64,000 nucleotides of DNA. Origin: Fidelibacterota bacterium. Lineage in GTDB: Bacteria > Fidelibacterota > SORT01. Below the pieces are notes generated by a model. It was not told where the DNA came from. It ran no database searches and saw only the letters and a program-made list of their open reading frames with translations. Position numbers and translations under genes: made by a program. The stretch is taken from positions 63 through 64,062 of the forward strand of contig JACZYG010000015.1 of NCBI GenBank assembly GCA_022571215.1, given 5' to 3'. This document shows, one piece after another, positions 57,417-64,000 of this stretch (position 1 is its first letter; each line of letters begins with the position of its first letter).

Positions 57417-59330
57417 CTATTGAATCTGCGGATTCTCCCGCACATTCACGATAAGCGCGGTCTCTTCTAATTGACGGTCGTTCACCCTTCTGCCCATAAG
57501 GTTTGAGATGTATGTAGCGGTATCGTTTCGATTTTTGTTTTCTTTTTTAAAAATGCGCGGCAGCCTGTCAGTGAAATTATCTATTTCAAGCTCCGCGCTC
57601 CATGGTTCGAGCAGATTCCAACGTTTCGATCGAATCCTGGCTCTTATGTCTATCCCGATTTCGTCATCCTGTAACGTAATGGTATCACCGACTTCAAGCT
57701 TATCATACGGATACCCGTCCGGATCCGCCTCATACAGGTCAATTGCTGAAACGGCATACTTAATCTTCGTGTTCTTAGCCGATTGAAGGGCGTCAAATCC
57801 CTCATCCCAGAGGATTCTGGCTCCGCTTATCGGATAAAATTCGTTGGGAACGCTAAGTTTAGTGGACTTTTCGAGAATCACCGAATCTATATAGAAGTCA
57901 GTGTCAATTGAATTGGAGAGTATCTTAACGATTCCTCCGGTACCCTGCGCCGTGATTCCCTCTATTAGAAGTTGAGTCCAGACTCCGGTCAAGCTTGTTT
58001 GAGCGGTTTTTCCCGAGTTCGACGGTTGGTCAGCGACACCGTCATACAGCTCGAGTTTTACATTACCTTGAGATACATATACCCATACATATAAGGAATA
58101 TACGCTATCCACCTCGAGTGTCACGGATTGCTTCATTCCCTCTCCCGGATCCGCCTCGGTGATCAGCTGACTCTTGGAGCCGTATTTGATGAAATCAGTG
58201 TTTATGTTTTCTGTAACGGGGAACGCCGCCCCGAGCGTTACTACCGACCAGTTATCCGCTATTCCGGAGCTGTAATTTCCCGAAAAATCGGTGTTAAAAA
58301 GTAAATTTCTCGCCTCGACCCTTGATCTGTTAAAATACGTTGATTCTATCCTTCCGAAGGAATCTATCGAACCCGCATCCCTGATCTGTTTAATATCGCT
58401 CCCGGAAGCATCGGCGACTATCTTAAAGTAATCTCCCACGCTGAGTCCCGAAAACACCGTAGTGACAACCAGTTGACCCCCTGCTATCGAGTCCGTTATA
58501 AGCCTTCTCGCTCCGATTGTGGCGCTGCCTAATGCTCTTGTAATTTCCATATAGTAGTTGTTCCAGGAGTCGTCCGAAGGTACCAACCGCTGATGCGAGG
58601 AGAGTGTCGCGCCTGAAATGGAGAAAATGATATGTTCTGCGGCTTCTGTGCCGAGAACAGCATCGCCGCCTATATCCGCTGGCGGTTCTCCGCCGCCGAC
58701 AGGATACACCACGTTGAATAGTTCCCTTGTATCAATATTCCTGCGTATGCCTTTGAGGTTCCGCGCATAACGGATACGAGCCTCCTTCAGACTCCCACGC
58801 CTCTTTATGCTGACCGTTTTGTCGTTATTTACAATCAGATCGGTTCCGAGTCTCTCCCTAACCACATTAAGAAGGTCAAGAACGGAATTGTAACTTAAAA
58901 CCAGATCCAATTTGGTTGCGGGGCTTATCGTTCCCACGGAAAAAGACGATTCTCCGAGAATTTCATTTATAACCGTTGAAGGTTCCGCCTGCGCGTATGG
59001 AGTCCATTTCGGATAGACCTCGTCAAGCATATCGTATTTCAGATGTTCGCATTCAAGCCGTCCTTCCGGGGAATTGTTCCCTCTTCGCAGCTCAAGCTTT
59101 TGCCGAATCCTGAACGACTCGTAGCTCTCATCATCGAGGTTCACGACTCGAATCACTTCAAGCGGGTTTATCGAACTCCACAGCTCACTACTGAGCGTTA
59201 TCCCGATGGATAAGGTGTTTATACCGTTTAGTTCATCTACTCGTTTAGCATAGATAAGATCTGCCGTCGGAAAGATCGAACGGCGGGCGCTGTCTGATCT
59301 ATCGAAAAGTTCAAGCCTATGCTTTGTCAT
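57417..59330 (-). CDS. phage tail-spike/Tal-like baseplate hub protein with inserted CBM-like domain
   Basis: ELNGINTL, CEHLKYD, RYARNLKGIRR, VYPVGG, LEVGDTITLQDDEIGID; NLLFNTDF CBM-like start. Confidence 0.8.
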   Translation of the reverse strand: MTKHRLELFDRSDSARRSIFPTADLIYAKRVDELNGINTLSIGITLSSELWSSINPLEVIRVVNLDDESYESFRIRQKLELRRGNNSPEGRLECEHLKYDMLDEVYPKWTPYAQAEPSTVINEILGESSFSVGTISPATKLDLVLSYNSVLDLLNVVRERLGTDLIVNNDKTVSIKRRGSLKEARIRYARNLKGIRRNIDTRELFNVVYPVGGGEPPADIGGDAVLGTEAAEHIIFSISGATLSSHQRLVPSDDSWNNYYMEITRALGSATIGARRLITDSIAGGQLVVTTVFSGLSVGDYFKIVADASGSDIKQIRDAGSIDSFGRIESTYFNRSRVEARNLLFNTDFSGNYSSGIADNWSVVTLGAAFPVTENINTDFIKYGSKSQLITEADPGEGMKQSVTLEVDSVYSLYVWVYVSQGNVKLELYDGVADQPSNSGKTAQTSLTGVWTQLLIEGITAQGTGGIVKILSNSIDTDFYIDSVILEKSTKLSVPNEFYPISGARILWDEGFDALQSAKNTKIKYAVSAIDLYEADPDGYPYDKLEVGDTITLQDDEIGIDIRARIRSKRWNLLEPWSAELEIDNFTDRLPRIFKKENKNRNDTATYISNLMGRRVNDRQLEETALIVNVRENPQIQ

Positions 59331-59331
59331 A

Positions 59332-62300
59332 TTAGAGCCACTTCTTATTATAATTTAACTTTATTCCGGCGTTGGCAACTTTGTTGAACAAAACCGACTT
59401 ATTGCTATCCATATTCGGGAAGAAGGAACCTGAATCCATTGACGCTATCGCGTTCGTAAACGTGTTCGCCGTGGAATCAGCAAACTCAATCGTTTCTTTC
59501 TCGCTGTCTATCAATAACTTATCACCGTCAGATAAAGTTTTGGTCAGGCTGATTTTTGCATTGTTATTTTTAACAGGTTTGCTCTGATTCGAGTATTTCA
59601 GCGCCTCGGCAGCAGATAATTCTCTTGATAACAGATAAATTTCATCGTATATGGCATCAGGAATATTTGGCTCCGAGTTACCCACAAAATTTAATACGTT
59701 CGGATTATTTAAAAGAGCATCGGTGTTGCTGTGCGCGGCGCCAGCCACTCCGTTAATATATATCTGAACGCCGTTCATACTGCCCCAAGTGCAGACCATA
59801 CAGATTCGGTCGCCGGCATTATGAGTTGAGGCGAATATTGCTTCCCTGTTCACGCTTGCCACCCTTTTTCTAAAAGTCCAGAAATCGCCCGTAAAATCAT
59901 AATAAGCCTTCAGATAATTACTTACGTTTGCGAACAGCTCGAATATCATCGGTTCGTTTGTATCGTCAACCCAGTCAGATCCAAACATCGGCTTGAACCA
60001 TACAATAACGCTACCCTCGTTCTTATTTCCCGTCACGCTCCACGAAAGCGTGTCTCCGCCGTCTATACGCAACCCCTGACCGAACTTTTCTTGTGAATAG
60101 GAGACGATTTCGGGAGTCGCTTGTGAGGCAGCGTTTGCCGTCACAATGTCGAGTTCGATTAGGTTTACATTATCAAGAGAAAGCGTCCCTCCCGTTGTCC
60201 TGAATTGCAGGTTTTTCTTATTTCCTCCGGTAGAAGCACTCTTTATTAAGACAATATGTTTCCTAACGGTGGTTGCAAGAATGACGGACGCAATAGTTAT
60301 ATTTCCATCTTCCAACCTTAAGTCAGGAGTCCCGGAAATCGCTGTAATTTCGTAATTTAGCATATACCATGTATCATCAGTAACGCTTGAAATCACCTGA
60401 GACAATCTTATTGTGCCATCAACGTAAGTAAAGTTTGCCGTTCCGCCCGAGATTGTGAGAGTAGATGAACCGACCGGGGCTTTATCCCAGTCTGTATCAG
60501 AGCCGAAATATCCGTTTTGAACAAGGCTTGGCTGACAATCCATCTGGTCTATATATACTGTTGCGTCACCGTTAGCATTTAGTTTCCTTATTCTGAATTG
60601 GTGAGAGGAGCCGCCGTCTGCCTCAAAAGTTCCCTCAAAATAAAGCCACTTTCCCGTTGCGAAACTGACACCCATATCATCTGCGCCCGTATCGAGTCTG
60701 CGAGTCAAAACAATTGTGTTACCCACGATATCAAGTTGCAATTCGTCAGAAGCGTGAAGGGTAGATACATAGACCCAAAATCTATAAAAGTAATCCTGGT
60801 TATCTATGAGGGTGCTTGTAGGATTTTGGGCATATGCGCCGCTTGGGTCGCCCACCCAATCTAACTTAGCGGATTGAGTATCATATTTAACAATAGTAGT
60901 TTCATTGGTAATGTCAACATTTGAAGAAATCCACTCGCCAGCGGGGTTGGTCTCTTGATTGCCCGTTGAAAGTTTATTATCAACCCACGGATATTGAACG
61001 CTAACGGGTTCACCGCTTGACAGTTCACCTACCGAGAGAAGCTTTGTGTCAGGCGTAACGTAAGGCTCTGCGCCTGCGCCTGAATTGTAGAGAGCTGCTA
61101 CTTCGGCATCGGTCAACGCCCGCTCGAATATCTGCCAGTGAATTAAACCGTCAAATAACAAACCGGCATCCAAGCCGGTGTCCTGTCCCATTGATAGCGT
61201 GGAGTCCACCGCAGCGACAGCCCCTAACGCGCCCGTATCGCCGCCCTCAGCCGCATTGAGATCTATCTGAACACTGTTCGAGGAACTGTCAATATTATTA
61301 TTCAGGTCCCATCTACACAGTATAAAATACCAACTTCCCGCCGCAAAGTTCGCGGAGGTAACGGTAATTGAAGCGTTCCTATTTGTTCCTGCGGCTTTTA
61401 CATCAATGGCTAAGAGATCCGAATCGTGCTTGCGAATAACAATACTATTATTTGCATCGCCCACTTCTTCAAACAGAGAATGATTTACTCCGTCATCACC
61501 GTCAAAATAAGGCTTAACCCATAAAACTATTGTTCCCTGATATGGATTAAAATTAGCGTAATTCTGACCGTTGACATTATTCCCTCTGTCGTAATACAGA
61601 TTGTCATTATTGACTAACTGTATCGCTTTTGATCGCTGAGACGTGAGAGCTTTTCGGGTCCTATACCCGAATTTATTGGTGAAATTTCCTGATACGGTCG
61701 AGAGAGTAACATCGCTGAGGTTATCGTTATAGTCGAAGTGCGCTACTCCAACCTTGTCCCCTTCAATCAGCATAGGATTTGTGACCGCTCCGCTCACCTC
61801 GATGACCGGTTTACTCCGTACATTGCCGGTAGTGAAAACCTTGAACTCATCCGCTTTTCCCGCCATCGTAGCCTCCGTAAGCGTATTGGAAATTGCGAAC
61901 GGATCGTCACATCGGAAGCGCGCGCGGAAAAGTTTCATCTCGTTACTCATCCACTGATGGGAAATATCCGGCAATTCAAATATACCGTCAAAGACCGCAT
62001 TGTAATGCCTGTCCGGTTCATCACCGAATTCCAGCTTACCGTATTTGATTCCATCCGTTATGGACTCTTCACCGGGCGGCAGCAGCTCATCTTCCATGGC
62101 GAATAGAGACTTCAGATTCTCAATATTACTCATCAAAGTCGCATGGGAAACACCCTCGACGGTTCCCTCGATCTCAATAATTCTCGGCTTATACGTCTGC
62201 TTGAACGCCATCCTTCCATGCCGCCCGGGGATGGCGACGCTTTTAACCTCGATCGAAGGCTTACCACGCCCGCTGACATTCGTTATCTCGGTAAAGAGGT

Positions 62301-62346
62301 CACGAATAGATTTGCCGTTCCACTTGATTGAATCGGTGAATGCCAT
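59332..62346 (-). CDS. siphovirus distal tail protein (Dit) with LamG-like and CBM-like insertions
   Basis: IPGRHG, PRIIEIEG, LEFGDEPDRHY, FRCDDPFA; GTIVLWVKP...RALTDAEV and GSVIVWFKP...RELSAAE; ends YNKKWL. Confidence 0.82.
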   Translation of the reverse strand: MAFTDSIKWNGKSIRDLFTEITNVSGRGKPSIEVKSVAIPGRHGRMAFKQTYKPRIIEIEGTVEGVSHATLMSNIENLKSLFAMEDELLPPGEESITDGIKYGKLEFGDEPDRHYNAVFDGIFELPDISHQWMSNEMKLFRARFRCDDPFAISNTLTEATMAGKADEFKVFTTGNVRSKPVIEVSGAVTNPMLIEGDKVGVAHFDYNDNLSDVTLSTVSGNFTNKFGYRTRKALTSQRSKAIQLVNNDNLYYDRGNNVNGQNYANFNPYQGTIVLWVKPYFDGDDGVNHSLFEEVGDANNSIVIRKHDSDLLAIDVKAAGTNRNASITVTSANFAAGSWYFILCRWDLNNNIDSSSNSVQIDLNAAEGGDTGALGAVAAVDSTLSMGQDTGLDAGLLFDGLIHWQIFERALTDAEVAALYNSGAGAEPYVTPDTKLLSVGELSSGEPVSVQYPWVDNKLSTGNQETNPAGEWISSNVDITNETTIVKYDTQSAKLDWVGDPSGAYAQNPTSTLIDNQDYFYRFWVYVSTLHASDELQLDIVGNTIVLTRRLDTGADDMGVSFATGKWLYFEGTFEADGGSSHQFRIRKLNANGDATVYIDQMDCQPSLVQNGYFGSDTDWDKAPVGSSTLTISGGTANFTYVDGTIRLSQVISSVTDDTWYMLNYEITAISGTPDLRLEDGNITIASVILATTVRKHIVLIKSASTGGNKKNLQFRTTGGTLSLDNVNLIELDIVTANAASQATPEIVSYSQEKFGQGLRIDGGDTLSWSVTGNKNEGSVIVWFKPMFGSDWVDDTNEPMIFELFANVSNYLKAYYDFTGDFWTFRKRVASVNREAIFASTHNAGDRICMVCTWGSMNGVQIYINGVAGAAHSNTDALLNNPNVLNFVGNSEPNIPDAIYDEIYLLSRELSAAEALKYSNQSKPVKNNNAKISLTKTLSDGDKLLIDSEKETIEFADSTANTFTNAIASMDSGSFFPNMDSNKSVLFNKVANAGIKLNYNKKWL

Positions 62347-62478
62347 TTACACCCCTACATTAATACTGTTGATTAAGTGCTTTCACTCTCTGGTAAATTG
62401 TCAGGTTGATAAAATCAAATTGCCTTCTCATAGAACTTTAATGTAAATTTGAAAGTTAAAATAGATCATGGATAAATT

Positions 62479-63363
62479 ATGAAACAAGGCACTGAGTTTG
62501 AATTATTAACAACAGACCTCTTCTCACAGCTATCGAAGGATAGAGAGTTTGAATCAGTTCAGCATGATGTTATGCTTGATGGTCTTGATGGAAAAAGGCA
62601 GATTGATGTTTTACTGACAGGAAAAGTTGGTCCATTTGAAGTTAAAACAATAATCGAGTGTAAAGATTATTCTAAAAATTTGAATATCATGGAAATAGAT
62701 GCGCTTCATTCAAAGATGCTTGATGTTAAGGCTCAAAAAGCTGTGTTAGTAGCAAGAAAAGGTTTTTCACGAAAAGCAGTAATAAAGGCCAAAAGATTAG
62801 GCATTTCTCTATGCACAGCCCATAGCGCTTCAAAAGAAAAATGGAAATTTGCTCTTGAACTTCCTCTTGTAATTACGGAGTATGCCTGTGAGAAATCATC
62901 ACCAAGTTTTGAATTTACTGCAATTGGAAATTCGCTTAACTTACAATCAATAACAAATTTTAATGATATTCCACTTGCTAAAATAATTGCAAACTACTGG
63001 AATGATACAGAAATAGAGTGTGAAGATGGCATGAATAAGCATAAATTTTACCCTGATATTCCCAAGCCTCAGTGGATAACTGTCCCTGATGGTAGAAAAA
63101 TGGAGATTAAAAATTTTCACATAACTTTGCACATACAAAAATCCTATTATTTTGGATACTTCAATAATATTGTGTCAGCTAAATATCTTCAATTTCACGA
63201 TGAAAATAAACGCCATGTCATTTTTAATCCAAGAGACTTGTCAGATTACCGAAAAACCTTTGCGAGATTTACTAATAGAATAGAATTACCTCCAATCAAA
63301 AACATCATGTTTATTGGCGTTAAATTATTGTACAACCCCAACGCAGAAATCAAACTTAAGTAA
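62479..63363 (+). CDS. Mrr-like PD-(D/E)xK restriction endonuclease domain protein
   Basis: GTEFE, RQIDVL, IIECKDY, KGFS..A; visibly AT-rich. Confidence 0.85.
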   Translation: MKQGTEFELLTTDLFSQLSKDREFESVQHDVMLDGLDGKRQIDVLLTGKVGPFEVKTIIECKDYSKNLNIMEIDALHSKMLDVKAQKAVLVARKGFSRKAVIKAKRLGISLCTAHSASKEKWKFALELPLVITEYACEKSSPSFEFTAIGNSLNLQSITNFNDIPLAKIIANYWNDTEIECEDGMNKHKFYPDIPKPQWITVPDGRKMEIKNFHITLHIQKSYYFGYFNNIVSAKYLQFHDENKRHVIFNPRDLSDYRKTFARFTNRIELPPIKNIMFIGVKLLYNPNAEIKLK

Positions 63364-63468
63364 TACTTCATTATTAGTTACTAAACGCAAAAGTAGCAAA
63401 TGACCGTCATTGCCTAACAGCCAATTGTGGACGAAGTAATCCCAATGTTGCAGTTTGAGAAATCCCGC

Positions 63469-64000
63469 TTACCGTCTCATTGAGTTCGCCAATTCTAAGT
63501 TATTCAGATAGACTTGCAGCGCGTTTTTCTTCCGGGTTACAGGTCCGAGCCTGTCGCTAAGTTTTTTCAGCCGCGCGTCACGAAGTTTCCTGAATTTATC
63601 CTCGATGACCTGCATAGATGCGCTATCCTTCTCCATGTCGCCCACCGCTAACGGATTGCTCTTCAGCTTCACGGTTGGCCAGACCGATTCGAAATAGTTG
63701 ATTAGCCGGGTATTGTTCTCCGCAAGCGCGGTTTTATACTTCTCTATTGCCTCGAGCGGGTAGTGCCGTATCTGTTTGGTGAGTTCACGCTGTTCCTCTA
63801 TCTGAGCGATCTTCCGCAGGTTCATAGCCGTCTCCAACGCAAGCTTCCGGCTGACCTTATCGTCTGTCAGCACCGCGTCTCTGATTGACGTTTGCGCTTC
63901 TTTCAGAAGATTCCGATACGCCCCTTCTTCTTCATCATCGGCGTAGATGATAGACTGCTCCTCCGCGCGCAACGCCGTGAGACTGTTTTGTATCGCTGCG
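63469..64000 (-). CDS. helical hypothetical protein, 5'-truncated by window edge
   Basis: Frame stays open from 63972 to the window end (AAIQNSLTALRAEEQ...). Confidence 0.7.
   Translation of the reverse strand, partial: AAIQNSLTALRAEEQSIIYADDEEEGAYRNLLKEAQTSIRDAVLTDDKVSRKLALETAMNLRKIAQIEEQRELTKQIRHYPLEAIEKYKTALAENNTRLINYFESVWPTVKLKSNPLAVGDMEKDSASMQVIEDKFRKLRDARLKKLSDRLGPVTRKKNALQVYLNNLELANSMRR

Larger units (their letters stand above)
57417..64000 (-). mobile_element. prophage-derived region/remnant (extends past window edge)
   Basis: Dit plus tail-spike genes, AT-rich nuclease insert; no integrase or att seen. Confidence 0.65.

Noticed and set aside
62347-62385. Tape-measure 3' remnant (..INVGV* abutting Dit ATG)
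   Set aside because: Only 11 open codons; GGGGTG is equally explained as the Dit SD.
63411-63468. Integron attC after the nuclease (GCCTAAC)
   Set aside because: No complementary GTTAGGC-type R' site or long imperfect palindrome follows.

Overview
Mostly core chromosome of a Gram-negative FCB-group bacterium. The 'NYPNPFNP' T9SS-type C-terminal domain suggests a Marinimicrobia/Calditrichota/Ignavibacteria-like lineage (inference only). Contents: a FabK/NMO-like flavoprotein, a CRTAC1-like protein, an atypical HU, two ECF sigma loci, a signalling cluster (HK, RR, lipoprotein, unannotated 25-aa peptide, TPR), peptidases (M16, two DUF885), tRNA-Gln and tRNA-Leu, a dacB-epimerase-DUF1611-LeuA-like-crotonase-trkH/trkA-ltaE run, TolC+RND, murA-recN-vanZ-nnr-acpS-HAD and pfk-pgk-tpiA-secG. 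From ~57 kb there is a phage-derived block (Dit and tail-spike genes with LamG/CBM-like domains, an Mrr-like nuclease, a truncated ORF). The main unexplained structure is a set of ~12 intergenic mosaics built from at least five palindromic repeat families. Three kinds of 22-24 nt micro-palindromes are inserted into them, two at identical positions. The only nuclease linked to the repeats is a DUF559 gene bracketed by an inverted pair of the dominant repeat, a REPtron-like layout without RAYT. All calls are by eye; no searches were run.
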